The position numbers and the translations under genes are program-made. From Lytechinus pictus (Eukaryota), in contig NC_087251.1 of assembly GCF_037042905.1 (NCBI RefSeq), positions 6,450,001 through 6,510,000 of the forward strand: a DNA stretch of 60,000 nt, written 5' to 3'. Under the pieces are notes generated by a model. That model was not told the origin of the DNA. It ran no database searches and worked only from the letters and a program-made list of their open reading frames with translations. Shown here one piece after another: positions 34,201-47,348 of this stretch; position 1 is the stretch's first letter; each line of letters starts with the position of its first letter.

Positions 34201-34266
34201 AGTGATTGCCGATTGTGGTGAAATCGAATGGAATCGGTTGCCGATTGCAAAATCGGTTACAAGCTT
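31252..34266. mobile_element. Non-autonomous hAT-like DNA transposon carrying a 110-bp tandem array
   Basis: 8-bp TSD actcataa (31244-31251 / 34267-34274; alternative parse ctcataat with TIR taatgttgtaa / ttacaagctta); empty site visible in the 5' LTR at 22525-22532; dense AATCG/CGATT subterminal repeats; inverted blocks ~31583-31653 and ~34075-34147; no transposase. Confidence 0.85.
31732..33999. repeat. Tandem array of 21 x 110-bp variant units
   Basis: Core ccgctatcac at 31781, 31891, 32001 ... 33211 (110-bp steps), one 103-bp unit, then 33314 ... 33974. Confidence 0.97.
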
Positions 34267-34890
34267 ACTCATAATACAGTGGAACCTTATTATTAAAGGC
34301 ACTGATGTGGCAGACTTTACCTATAACAATGTATCTTCTCTCGTCCCAAGTGCCTCGTTATAATGCAGTTGCACTGTAACATGCTTTGATATGATGATAT
34401 ACTTATGTTGGATTTTGTTCATTTGTTTGTTTGTTTATAGTTTTTACGGGAATCTAAGGAACAAAGTGAATCAGCAAGCCAAAGAGTCAGCTTTGACCAT
34501 AATGAAGAGACTAGATTCAATAAAGCTGTTTTGACTATTGTTTACCCAGTATGAGAACACGTGCGAGCTTTCGTTTGTTTGTCGTCGTAGTCCGGGCAGG
34601 CACAACAATATCGAACGATTTTTTTGATATTGTGTTCAAATTTGCAGCTTAATTTGATTTTTAATTCAAAATGTAACTTTTTTGCTTACTCCCTTCACTC
34701 TCTCACGAATATTTAGAGATTAACCCCGTACGCCATTTATGCCGCCACTAATATTTTTACTTTTATCCCCACTGGGATGAGGAAACATCAACAAATAATA
34801 GTTATGGATAATCTATAGACAGTTGCTAACATGATTATAAGTACAAGGAGCAGCTGACCATGAATAGTCGAATTCCAAGGTCATTTATTG

Positions 34891-35045
34891 AGTGCCGTGG
34901 CTGAGTGGTCTAAGGCGCCTGGCTATTGATGGAAAGTCCGGGGTTCGATCCCCGGCCTCAGCAACTATGCCAGTGAGCAAGGCATTTAATCGACAATGCG
35001 TCTTTTATCCTGCATTCAAATAAATGGAAATGCTATATGTATATT
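34891..35045 (+). mobile_element. tRNA-derived SINE fragment
   Basis: A box TGGCTGAGTGG, B box GGTTCGATCCC, followed by CORE-like gagcaaggcattta. Confidence 0.75.
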
Positions 35046-35565
35046 ATTGGTTAAAAAAATACACTGTTAGTGCACTAGCTACAGTGTACCTTTTATGCAA
35101 CGTATCCAATACCGATTCCTCTTCATTGAGCAGTTAAGAGATTGCTAAGTGCCTTGAACCCGGCCTTGAAGTTCTCTACCGATATATTCTATTTGTTTTC
35201 TATTAACAGAATTATTATAAGTAAATTAAGGTTTATATAATTCTAAGGTTTTCTTTTTCATCTTGTATAGCACCTATAGAAACATTGGTCATAGCGCTAT
35301 ATAATTTATCATGTAAAATGATTGATATAATATTCTGTAAATTTCTATGCAATATCAGATATAATATAGGATACTTTAAGACTCAGTAAATGCAGTAGGC
35401 GACAGCTGGGTAGGCTAATTATTGAAAGAAATAAATATAACGAGCGTATACAGACAGGGAGTAAGATAAACTGTCATCAATAATATTTTGAAATGGGCAA
35501 ATTTTAAAGTATATTGTAATAATGATTTATATTAAGAGTTGCGCTCTACAATGGGATAGGGAATA

Positions 35566-35830
35566 AGCTACAGCTCTTGTTATGTTTGCTACACCTGCGG
35601 GCATGCAAGGATCCGATGACCGGGGTAATAATATGCAGTAAAGCTTGCGCTTTGGACCATTATCATAGCCAAAAAATAGATATTGATGATCAAATCAGTG
35701 ATTATGAACTACGTTGACTATAAAACGATTTGAACAATCTAATTCAGATATCATCATGCACTTAGTATAGATATTCATGTGGTCTTATTTACGAAGAGAG
35801 AAGCTGCCCACGACGAATATACCGACGAGC
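35566..35830 (+). pseudogene. Exon remnants of an SLC46 paralog-A duplicate
   Basis: 35566-35597 is identical (32 bp) to 19229-19260 (exon 3 start); ~35777-35816 is a diverged copy of the last exon (20059-20098); same order and strand. Confidence 0.75.
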
Positions 35831-36017
35831 TAGATTAACCCAGGAAACTAGGCCTATATGTCTTTATTAAGAAGTATATTATGAGATCTTTTATCATAAC
35901 AGGTACATGTATCAAATTGAGTCAATTTGATATGTACCTGTTTGACCATGTACTGTATATCAAGTTGTGAATATGAAATATTGTTAATTAAACATTATGG
36001 GGGTTTTCCAAAGACTA

Positions 36018-37386
36018 CAGTGCGTATAATAAAAAGGGGACAGATTTGAAAAGTATAATTTTTTTCTTCATATTATGATCTCTATATTTTGGTGTCAATA
36101 GGTGCTCTGAAGTCTTATCCTTCAAATGCCATTAAAATAATTTAGTTTCGTTCATGCTTGAGCGAACACAGAATGTTTTTGTCTGGGGTTAAAAAAAAGA
36201 CTTGCGCCAAAATGGCCTAAATTGATAAATATGATGGTCAGACTTCTTGCTAATCAGCAGACTTCCTCTTAACCTTTAATTTCATTATCTTTGCCATAAT
36301 TTTTGAATTATGCGGTCAAAATGCATTTCCAAATCTTCTTATTTGCTTGAATAGTTCTGTTGTTCCTTTTTAATATGTTCTCTTTTAGCTTTGAATATTC
36401 CTTCTTTAGGCAAGAACAATTTTTTTTTTAAACCGAAGTATGGGAGAGCGTGTTTTTTTTCAATTATTTTCATTGTGTGCTACAAAGGTTATGGTGCCTT
36501 TGTACAGTGGCATACTGATGGGTGGGGGCTCGGGGTGACCCCCCTCCCCCAAATAAAAAAATCATGACCAACAAAAAAAAGTGGAAAGGAAAATAACAGA
36601 AAACATAGAAATTGAAATATGATATCATTTACTGAATATTATGTCAAAATCACAAAATTTGATATCTTAATAAAAAAGTTGATTTTTTTTTTGCTTGCTC
36701 GCTTCACAACCTTTTAATATATTTTACCCGATCTGCCATATCTTGCTCCTTCAAAATTGACTCAATACACCGTTGTCATTGAAAGACATGAATCATTTTC
36801 TGTTTGTCCTGTCAAGCACATAATTAAACTTGGTGAAGGATTCAATAACCCCTTGAAAATAGGATTCATGTATTTTATAGGTACCATAACATAATTTGAT
36901 GTCACATGTCAGTAATAAAAGGATTTGAATAATTACAAATTCTCCCAATTAATAATGCAAATCTTTTTACTTGGGTTGACAAAAAGTCTTCTTTTCTTAC
37001 TTATTAAGGAAAATTCAAAGGTAAAAGAAGTTTAAATGAAAAACAAAATATTTCAGGTAAATAAATAATTTTGTAAATTAAATTGGACAGCATAATTCGA
37101 AAATTATGGCAAAGAACATGAAAAGATTAAGAGGAAGTGTGCTGATTAGCCAAAAGTCTAATCATCAAATTTCTCATTTCTGCCATTTTGGCGCAAGCCT
37201 CTTTTTGAACCCCCGACAAAAACGTCCCGTGTTCGCTCAAGCATGAACAAAATTTGTTTTTTTAAATGGCATTTCAGCGATAAGACAGAGGAGCATCTAT
37301 TAACATAAAAATATAGATATAATAATTTGAAACAAATTTTTTTTTATAGACTTTTCAAAACTGTCCCGTTTTTTTTATACGCACTG
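36018..37386. mobile_element. Tc1/mariner-like MITE with long inverted arms
   Basis: TA-cagtgcgtataa ... ttatacgcactg-TA; arms of a few hundred bp are inverted; a fragment of another CAGTGG-start element begins near 36504. Confidence 0.85.
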
Positions 37387-38865
37387 TATATCAATCGACG
37401 AGCTAAAGAAGAAAACACTAAGAATGTCGATAAATTCTTGTTTTTTTTAAGGTTTCATTTTGAGAGAAAATGTTGGGGTCCTTGTGATATTAGGTACATG
37501 GCATAGGCAATGCTCTATAACACAAATTATTCATCTGATTCTAAAGCGTGGTTGATTCTTATTAGATGAGGATTTGACAATCCAATGGATCACCTTTTCG
37601 CAAGATCTTCCTCAGCGTGGTCATTTCGGTTGGACATTGCTATATGAACTATAAGAACAGTTTTTTGGGGTGGTACTTTCCGGGGTATTTTATGTGTGTA
37701 TTTTTTTGTAGATCTATGCTAAATTTTCATTGAATGAAAACCATGCTGTGGCCTTTGTACAGCTACAGGCCTATACATGACAAAACTTCTTTAGCTTCAT
37801 AATCGGCAGAACATTTCCGTTTGAACCTTTATCAAAGATGAAATTTATTTTTGAAAGTGAATATGAATAATGGAGAACATTGTTTCGTGTACTCTTTTTT
37901 GGTGGAATATTCCTTGTAATTTCACCCAAGCATAGGCACAGCGGTTCTTGGAACTCGATTTCACATCAAACTATGGATTCCGGGACCGTAGGGAAAGGCC
38001 AGGAAACACCCGAGAATAGAAAGAAACTAGTGTACAACTCCGCCACTTTCGAAACAGGCAGGTTAAAAATGAACAATGACGGAATGGGGGGGGGGGTGTT
38101 TCTTGAGTTAAAAAAAGAAGGTATTTAGACAATGGCCTTGGATTTTCCCCAAGTTCTTTCCAAACGTTATTATTCAGCGCATACCACAGCATTGTCTAGT
38201 GAAAATATGCCAAAAGATTTTAACAAATATATATTAAAGCCCTGACCCCGTTAAAGAAAGGCCCCAACCAAAATTCTGGATTTGAAAATTGAAAGTTTTC
38301 CGAAATTGATATAGGCCTTTCCTTCATGGCTGCAAGTGGTACAAAATGACTATGATGTAATTTTAAAAAAATGTTGAAAGCAAAGTACTTTTAAACGGAA
38401 ATTGAAAAGTCACATCTTACATTTCCTTGATTTTGATGAGCTGAGAAGCACAGGTGTCTGGGTGTTACTATGGTAATTGTCAGATAAAACAGAATTTATC
38501 GAATGACAAATCCGGCAAGTCATTTCATAAAGCGTTTCTGTTAATGTGTGTATTATGCAAACTAACATTTTGACACTAAATCTGAGGAATATCACCTCTA
38601 GAAAACGTTCAGGTTCCCCTTACCAAAAGGCTTGTACTCAATTAAAAAATAGAAGACTTACCAATTACCATTACCCCCCCCCCCCATCGCAAACTTTGTA
38701 ATTTTTCTCTCTCACATCTCTGTCCGTCGCTCAATCCTTTCTGTGATTTTTCTATTTCCCTCCTCTCTTTCCATCCTCTCCATTCATTACTTCTCTGCCT
38801 TCTTTTTATTCTCCTTTATGCTCCTTCCTTTACTTCATTTCATTCTTCTCTTTCCAAGTTTCTCG

Positions 38866-40558
38866 TTTTTGTCTCGCCTGCGTAGCGGAGCGAGACATAG
38901 GTATCACTATTTCCGGCGTCGTCGGCGTCGTCGTCGTCAACAATTGTGTTGTACACCCAATAACTTTCTATAGCTTCGAGGTAGGATCACCAAATTCATA
39001 CCAGAGGTCCATCTCTTGAAGGCACAGGTCAAGTTCGAATATGAGTCGAATTTGATTAAGGTCAAAGGTCAATGAACTTTCCATGACTGGCACTGTGCTA
39101 TGTTGTACACCCAATAACTTTCTACAGCTTCGAGGTAGGATCACCAAATTCATACCATAGGTCCATCTCTTGAAGGCACAGGTCAAGTTCGAATATGAGT
39201 CGAATTTGATTAAGGTCAAAGGTCAAAGGTCAATGAACTTTCCATGACTGGCACTGTGCTATGTTGTACACCCAATAACTTTCTATAGCTTCGAGGTAGG
39301 ATCACCAAATTCATACCAGAGGTCCATCTCCTGAAGGCACAGGTCAAGTTCGAATATGAGTCGAATTTGAATAAGGTCAAAGGTCAATGAACTTTCCATG
39401 ACTGGCACTGTGCTGTGTTGTACACACAATAACTTTCTAAAGCTTTGAAGTGAGATCGCCAAATTCATAACAGAGGTCCATCTCCTGAAGGCACAGGTCA
39501 AGTTCGAATATGAGTCAAATTTGAATAAGGTCAAGGGTCAAAGGTCAATGAACTTTCCATGACTGGCACTGTGCTGTGTTGTACACACAATTACTTTCTA
39601 AAGCTTCGAAGTGAGATCGCCAAATTCATAACAGAGGTCCATCTCCTGACGGCACAGGTCAAGTTCGAATATGAGTCAAATTTGAATAAGGTCAAGGGTC
39701 AAAGGTCAATGAACTTTCCATAACTGGCACTGTGCTGTGCTGTACACACAATAACTTTCTATATCTTCGAGGTAGGATTGCCAAATTCATACAAGGGGTC
39801 CATCTTTTGAAGGTGCAGGTCAAGTTCGAATGTGAGTTGAATTTGATTAAGGTCAAAGGTCAATGAACTTTCCATGACTGGCACTGTGCTGTGTTGTACA
39901 CACAATAACTTTCTATAGCTTCGAGGTGGGATCGCCAAACTTGTAACAGAGGTCCATCTCTTGAAGGTACAGGACATTTTGCCCTCACATCTATCATAGC
40001 CTTTAATCAAAATGTGCTTATAAAAAAACTGCACTCTTTTAAACTTCCTACTCATACCCTATTGCTTATTTTATCTTGTAGTACTTCACTCTTGCATCAT
40101 TTACTGATCATATGCACACAGATCAATTTAGAAAACCCTACTGCTAAAATGAAGGCAAGATGGCTAAAAATCACACACATTAAGTTTTTATATTTATCTT
40201 TCATGCACAATCTTTCCTCCATTTTTTCAAACAATAAGTTTGCCTTAACACCTTAATAATTAATTTAATTTTACAATTTTACTCACATTATTATTAATTA
40301 CATTCTTTTTCACTAACATTAATTTCCTTACTTGCATGGAAATAATTATAGCTTCATAGTATTAACAGCATTCTTAGTGTTGTCTGATTTTCTAGGGATA
40401 AAGTAGGCCTATACCATGAATGCATATGTAAACTGTCAATACCACAATTCACCCCCTAAACTGCCGACAGCCTCAGATGTCATATAGCATAGTTTTGACA
40501 TGCAGTCTCTTCAGGACTGCAATATGCAGGCGAGACAACGCTTGGCGTTTGCCTTGTT
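38866..40558 (+). mobile_element. Helentron-associated non-autonomous element (HINE/DINE-1-like)
   Basis: T-run, 5' subTIR gtctcgcctgc (38871-38881) with partial inverse gcgagac (38890-38896), (GTC/GGC)n microsatellite, central tandem repeats, 3' subTIR gcaggcgagac (40526-40536), hairpin aacgc-ttg-gcgtt, ends in TT. Confidence 0.85.
38945..39973. repeat. 154/161-bp tandem repeat, ~6.6 copies
   Basis: gtacac anchors at 38951, 39105, 39266, 39420, 39581, 39742, 39896; length classes differ by one 7-bp ggtcaaa-type module. Confidence 0.95.
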
Positions 40559-40905
40559 TCTATGATCACACAATTTTCATGTTGGGTTTTATAACACATC
40601 ATGAGCGTTATCATCATATTCCGCATTAACTTGTGTCACTTACATGATTGATATAACATTTTGCCTCCGATGGCATCTATGGGCCCAAATCATTTTTTTT
40701 CTACTTATTAAAGACATGTTTAAAATACTTTTTTTTTACTTTGTGATTATCTTGAAGGAGATTTCTATAATACGAAATTGCACAGATTGAAAACAAAATC
40801 GAGGTGGATTGTAGTTAGGGACAAACGGAATTCTGGATTTTATTTCAGTTATAAATCTCAGAGGATTTAAATTCAATTTTTTTTAGATTTAAAAATAATC
40901 TTTAA

Positions 40906-41494
40906 AGGGGAATCCAACCCAAATAAAAAATTGTTTTTATAAGAAAAAGAAAAATCAGACAAGTTGATAGGTGAAAGTTTGAACAATATAGGACAAACAA
41001 GAAAGTTATGATTTTTTAAGTTGTAAATATTGGTAATCACTATACCCATGGAGACTTCAAATTGGCCACATGTGGGATGTCATAGAGATGTAAGGCAAGG
41101 ACTACTCTTCCATGTACTCCAATACATATTATGGCTAAAATGTCATTTTTCCCAAAAGTTTTATTTCAAATTATATTTTTCTTTCATGAGGACATAAAAC
41201 AATATACTACCTGGATTATATTTAGATTACTGCCCCAGGGGAAGGGGTACTTAGGAGAAAACCACAAATCCCTGATAATAAAGTACATGGCCTATGGGAA
41301 AGTTGTCCTTGCCCTTGTCATAATTTACTTACCCAGTTGCCAATTTGAAATCTACATACTATTAGTGATCAATTTAAGAGCAGCTATATAACTTTCTTAT
41401 TGCTTGTCCGATTTCTTTCAAACTTTCGCCATTCTGTTTAATTTATTTTTCTCCTTCCCAACACAACATTTTATGGCCAAGGCTGGATTCCCCT
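40906..41494. mobile_element. Kolobok-like MITE (second family, uninterrupted copy)
   Basis: TTAA TSD, TIR aggggaatcca / tggattcccct; second copy at 57777-58904. Confidence 0.9.
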
Positions 41495-43259
41495 TTAAAT
41501 CCAGAATTCGATTAGTCCCAAACTGCAGTCCACCCACATTTTATATTTCAAGTGAATACAAGATTCTGAAATTCCATAAACTGAAAAAAATGATACCAGA
41601 ATTTCCATATTTACTTTATAAATTCCTGATCTATGAATCTATCTCTTTATTACATGCTGCAAATCAAGAAATAAAGAGACATATATTATCACAATATCTG
41701 CATCTTGCCTACTTTATTCAATCTTATAGGGGAAGTTCACTCTGACATCAAGAAGGTTTGAATAAAAGCAGAAAAATAAGGGAACATATCAAAATAAAAA
41801 AAGAATGTGATATTTAATGCACAGGTAAAATATTTTTTTCTAACAAAATGTCACTTTATAGTATATGATATGGGGAGCTGCTCGCAGGTGATGATTAAAT
41901 ATATGTAAAAAAGTAAATAAGTCTTTATTTCACAAGAGATTCAATAATTTTCTGCTTTTACCAAGAATGACTAGACTTCAGGGTGTACCTCCCCTTCAAA
42001 TACATGATTTCAGATATCAACAACATTACAAAATGAACTCATTAAAGAGCTTGTGTCAAATTATGATTATTCATGAGTAATCAAGTGTTTTATGATGAAG
42101 TACATGCTGTGAATTTATCCTATGAAAAACAATCAAAAAGGGTAACCCTATACTATTATGGCACATAGAAAAAGGCCAAGAACATTACAAAAGATTCTAT
42201 TAAATATTAGTAATGTCAAAATGAATCTGAGTTAAAACAATTGTGAGATATTAATTTCCTAAAATATAACAATAACTTATTCAAATGTGTTCTTTTAAAA
42301 TTTACAGTGAAACCTTTATTGTAATAAAATCATTGAAATTTTCACTGAACAAAATCTAAGAACTTCATTGACCTAAAAGTAAATAATTTTATTCAATAAT
42401 TAGATAATTGAATAAAACTCAAACATTTCTTATAGGAACATGTACATGTAGTACAAATCTAATTACTTTGTATTCTCATTGCCATGAGAGAATATTGCTG
42501 TGCCCAATCACTCCAATTGATAACCTCATGAAAGTTCTGTAACAACTTACAAGTAGCCTAGGAAAACATATTTCTCAATTCATCTACAGATGAAGATTAT
42601 TAATCATTAAAAGGCAAACCTTAAATAGTTTATTTTGATGATTAAAAACAAATTACAAATTTATCGTAAAAATATTGCTTCTTATCCAATGCCCAATTTC
42701 ACTAGAGTTTTTCATAATGCAGTTTGATTCATATTTCTGAATCATATGAACCGAGTTTCCCATCTCAAACAATGTACCCACTATTACAGTTGTAGAATAG
42801 AAGAAATCATTGATGCCTTATACAGCCATTGGTCAGCACTACTGCAATTGGCCTAATTAATCTGATGTCCATAATCTGCTTTTCACTACATTTCCAGCTA
42901 AATAATCATTCTAATAAGTTTCATTTTACGGATACATAGACATTTCAGATGATTTGCAATTCATTAATAATAGGTAGGCCTACAGATCAAACCAACATGT
43001 GTGTTTCATAATACATGTGCACAAGTAAGATTACGCTATAGGGTTAGGTTTGCAGCACAGGTTCATGTTTGGTAAAATGTGTGGATATTGGGTAGGTATT
43101 TAGATGTCTTGGAATGGAATTCCCTCATTAATCATTAGAGATTGGTTGACAAGAATACTCTCAACATCATGCACTTATCACTGTGTCTTTGTTTCTCTTT
43201 CAAAGTGATTACAAATTTCATAAAAATACCAGTTTTCCTTGGATCTCACTAATACTTCA

Positions 43260-43393
43260 GATAAATCCTTTATATTCTTTCCTGTGCTCAAAATTCATTG
43301 TTTCTGATAAATCCTTTATATTCTTTCCTGTGCTCAAAATTCATTGTTTCTGATAAATCCTTTATATTCTTTCCTGTGCTTAAGATTCATTGT
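43260..43393. repeat. 46-bp tandem repeat, ~3 copies
   Basis: gataaatcctttatattctttcctgtgct... at 43260, 43306, 43352. Confidence 0.9.
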
Positions 43394-43678
43394 ATGTCTT
43401 AAATGTATAAATTTTCACTTTGAGGCCCATGCTATCTTATTTCTTAGGAAAAATTTAAAGATCAACAAGCCTAATTGAGTGGTGGTGCATGTATTATGAA
43501 ACACACAACTTACCATCAAAGCAAGGAATGATATACTTGGTTTTATGATAAACCAAAAAGTAATTTGTCTTGTTTTGTTTATATTCAAGATATACAATTA
43601 AAAAATAAGAAAATAGATACTGATATACTTTATATACACACACTTCTTGAGAGAATATAAAACAACATAATACACTAT

Positions 43679-43969
43679 GGCCCGTATTCTGAAGTCAGGT
43701 TTAACTTAAGACCATGGTCTAACTCTGTGCTAAAATTATGGGAAGCCAAAAAGGTCAAAATTTTTACTAAGTTGTATGTTTCTTATGTTTACTGTGCTCT
43801 TTCCTGATTCATCGATGGTGAAGACAATCGTCTATTTATACTTCCTAGACAATTATGAATGATTTAAGAGCAAAATGAGCTGAAATATATCTCTATTGTT
43901 AGTGATTTATGTAACAACTGGCTATCCATACTTAACCACAACTTTAAACCCAACTTCAGAATACAGGCC
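43679..43969. mobile_element. PIF/Harbinger-like MITE
   Basis: TIR ggcccgtattctgaagt / acttcagaatacaggcc, 3-bp TSD tat. Confidence 0.8.
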
Positions 43970-44302
43970 TATGAATCTGGCTTGCATGGAAGTATTCTTG
44001 ATAATTCACGAGTATCATTATATCAACCTTTGACTTTAGTAAAGACATCACACACCCTTATGCCATAGCATGAATGGTGGAAGGATACCTCTTTGGAAAA
44101 TGTGACATTTATCGTTGAAAATTTCACCTACCAACTCACACACATTTTTTTCAGATGTTACTCTTATCATATGGGCATGCAGGAATAGAAATGGACAAGT
44201 CATACCAGACACATGCAGCATCATAAATACTGTTAGATATAAAGACAAAATATTGAATTATTGCAGAATATATTTTCATGCAACTCGATCCTCAGATATA
44301 TA

Positions 44303-45260
44303 CAGTGCATATCAAAAAAAAGTTTACACTTTGAAAAAGCCCTGGGAATTGAAAAATATACAACATGTGGGTAATTTTTTCACATATATTCTTGGATTTG
44401 GGTCTCATCTATCCAATGAAAGTAAAAGTTTTGACAGAATGCTACACTTGAGTGAGCACTGTCCATTTTTGTAAAGCTCGCAGAAATCTGTTTGTGCAGA
44501 AATGCTCGTTTTCACGCTGTGTCAAGGGGAAAGGGCGAATCAAACTTACCCTGCAAAACATTTCTCATACATTTTCCTTGCACTTTTAGTCAATTGAAAT
44601 AAAACGGATACATTCAAGCATTTTGTAACGATTTTGCCACCCAAATTGAAATTTCAACACTTAGTAAGCACAACCTTTACTCTTTTCGTGCCAGTTGGAT
44701 CTGAGGACATAACTAAATCTGAACAAAAGCACTAAGTTTTTATCATTTAAAGTGGGTTTACATTTAATTTTTCATTTAATACTTGTTTCTCCACACTTTT
44801 TCCAAGCTTGACAATGATTAACAAAATAAAAATCAAGCCTAAGCCATTTCATGTAAATCACAGCTCAGTGTAAAGCAAATATCGTCACGATGGCCTCGGT
44901 GTGTGGGGGAGTGTTGTGGGGCGCAATGCACTCTTCGAAGTGTTTTGGACAAGGAAACAAGTTAAAAAAGGTAAAAGATATCTTCAAATCAATTTTGCTA
45001 GCTAAATACCACGTGTTCTTTGTGATTAAGGTCTACTTTTATTCGCATAACTATTTCAAAGTTCTGCGCAAATCATTTTTCACTAACTTTTTAAAAGTAT
45101 GTGGTGCTCACTCAAGCGGAAATATATTTCGACAGTTATATCGTCATTTCCTTAAATGGATCTGTACCAATGTTAAAATGTGGAAAAATCTTCTGGATAT
45201 TACAAATGTATAATTTTACAGGATTTTTTCTAAGTGTAAACTTTTTTTTGATACGCACTG
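44303..45260. mobile_element. Tc1/mariner-like MITE
   Basis: TA-cagtgcatatcaaaaaaaagtttacactt ... aagtgtaaacttttttttgatacgcactg-TA. Confidence 0.88.
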
Positions 45261-45382
45261 TATATAGGAGTAAAATGTTTCGAAAAAATGGGAAAAGTTA
45301 ATCAAATGAACCTCATAACGAATTGACACAATAACACCTATTGCACTACCAACTTTAACAGCAATAGATGAATTTTAAAAAG

Positions 45383-45569
45383 GGGCTATTCCATAAAATG
45401 ATCAACCTTATTTAATGTCCGACCCCCATTTTTTTCAAGTCTTACTTCACTCTATACACTGACCAAATCATGGTCCTTTAAGAACATTACAGACTGTCAA
45501 GAGAACCAGAAAATTTCATGAAGGTCCCCACATATAGGGGGCGGACATACGTATTTTATGGAATTGCCC
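45383..45569. mobile_element. Small MITE
   Basis: Inverted termini gggctattccataaaat / attttatggaattgccc; no clean TSD. Confidence 0.55.
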
Positions 45570-47348
45570 AAAGGTGTATTTTTTTAAAAAGAAAATATAT
45601 AAGGGCAATCAGGAGAGCGATCCAGGTACCCGATATTGATAAATTCACAAAGTATTTAATTATTTCATATAAGCACCCTTCCACCTCATTAAAAATACAA
45701 GTCAACAAAGGAATGAACTGCTATATGCTATTTCGAAAACAAATTAAGTTGATAATGACTCTTTATGTGTATCGCAATGTGATTTTTCTCAAAATGTTCA
45801 ATTTTAAAATGGCCAAAGGCCAATAGAAACAATTTACAAAAATATCTTTTAAACACTTCTCAGGGCTATTGGCAAATATAAAATTACCACTATTGCTATA
45901 AGCTATGAAGTAACTTGTAAATAGCCCGATTGCTTTTCAGCATGAGCGGATAAATCTTGCTTATCAAATATCCAAGACAGGAAATCAAAATCAAAACTAA
46001 AAAAGCTACTGAAGGCAAGGTCAACAAGCAAATATATCAAATTTTCTTTCCAATAAATATCATTAACATCAGCAAACCATGATTCAATACTTAAAACAAA
46101 AAGAGTACATTAACCTGGTACTATCTGCCAATATACAAGCGTAAACATTGAATTTCACACCATTCCCAATACAGTTGAGTGTCAGCTTTATTATGTCTCA
46201 AAACAATTTTCATATTTTATTCAAAATTTATCCACTTGTTCTGTGAACTTGACAGAATGTATGTGATGGATGTTAATATCTGACAGTTTGCATACAGCAT
46301 AAGTAGTTCTTTAGTACTTTTATTTTATTTCTCACCGATGTTGTTCAATGAAGCTCAAAGAGTTGCAAAAAGTAAACTTGGACGGATGAATGCAAGCTTG
46401 GAACAAAACTTCCATGCTACTCACTTCTCTTAAACTAATATTGGAAGAAATGGCAAATAACTCACAACAAATACCATGCATAAATTATATTAACCTGCAC
46501 ATCATGTAATTAAAATTCATTGAATTCTTTCCACTCCCTATTTTTCAAATCTTTTTTTTTAGTTCAATTCCATGGCACATTATTGGAATGGTATTGAGAT
46601 GGAAGCTATTAAAAGAAATTTCAAAAATGGCATGCAAATATGGAATGTTTACTCTGATAAAAGACATCAACTGTGATGTTGTACAATGCTGTTATCAGTA
46701 GACACTGACGCAAATATGAAAAAGGAAACTGTTTCAATGGGAATACAATACTAGTAGGATTATTATCTATTATTACTTACAGATTAAAATATCAAATAAC
46801 TCACAATGAAGGTTGGCCAAATGATATTGCCTATTTCTCAACAAAGAAGGGGCTATTGGTCTGGACTGGCGGTACATACAGAATTGATCCAAATATTAAT
46901 TATCAAAACAAATCAATGTAATACTGGTAATTCCTTTGTATTATATAGAAGGGTAGTTCTACAAAGATCAACAATTTTATAGCTCTAACAGGCAATACCT
47001 ACATTTGTACCAAGTCTGAAAACAAAAGAATAATTAAAATTTAATTTTAAAATCGGAACATTCACATATTCTTTTGAATTTACACTTTACAACTTTTAAC
47101 ACAAATTTCTCGATTCAGCTCATGTATTTCCATAGTCATTGTATAAATATAAAAAAACAATATCAACTTCATAATAGGAGCTGAGTCATATGTTGCTTTT
47201 TACATCATCAGATCCTCCTACCTCGTGTTGGTCTATTCCTAGTTTGTAAGTGCAAAGCATGGTTACAAATCTCTATAAAAAAACTTGAGAAGACTTCAAA
47301 TATATCCTTCATGATCCCGAGTTATTATAATCATCTGTACACACAGGG

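Larger units (their letters stand above)
21787..34604 (+). mobile_element. Full-length BEL/Pao LTR retrotransposon
   Basis: TG...CA LTRs, 5-bp TSD acaat (21782-21786, 34605-34609), purine-rich tract ending ggtgggag (30505) before the 3' LTR, single gag-pol ORF in BEL order (PR-RT-RH-IN). Confidence 0.97.
30506..34604 (+). repeat. 3' LTR, split by a 3-kb insertion (parts 30506-31251 and 34267-34604)
   Basis: Matches the 5' LTR on both sides of the insert; 4099 - 1076 = 3023 = 3015-bp insert + 8-bp TSD. Confidence 0.95.

Noticed and set aside
37937..38620. Possible Transib-like element starting cacagcgg
   Set aside because: No matching right terminus or TSD found.
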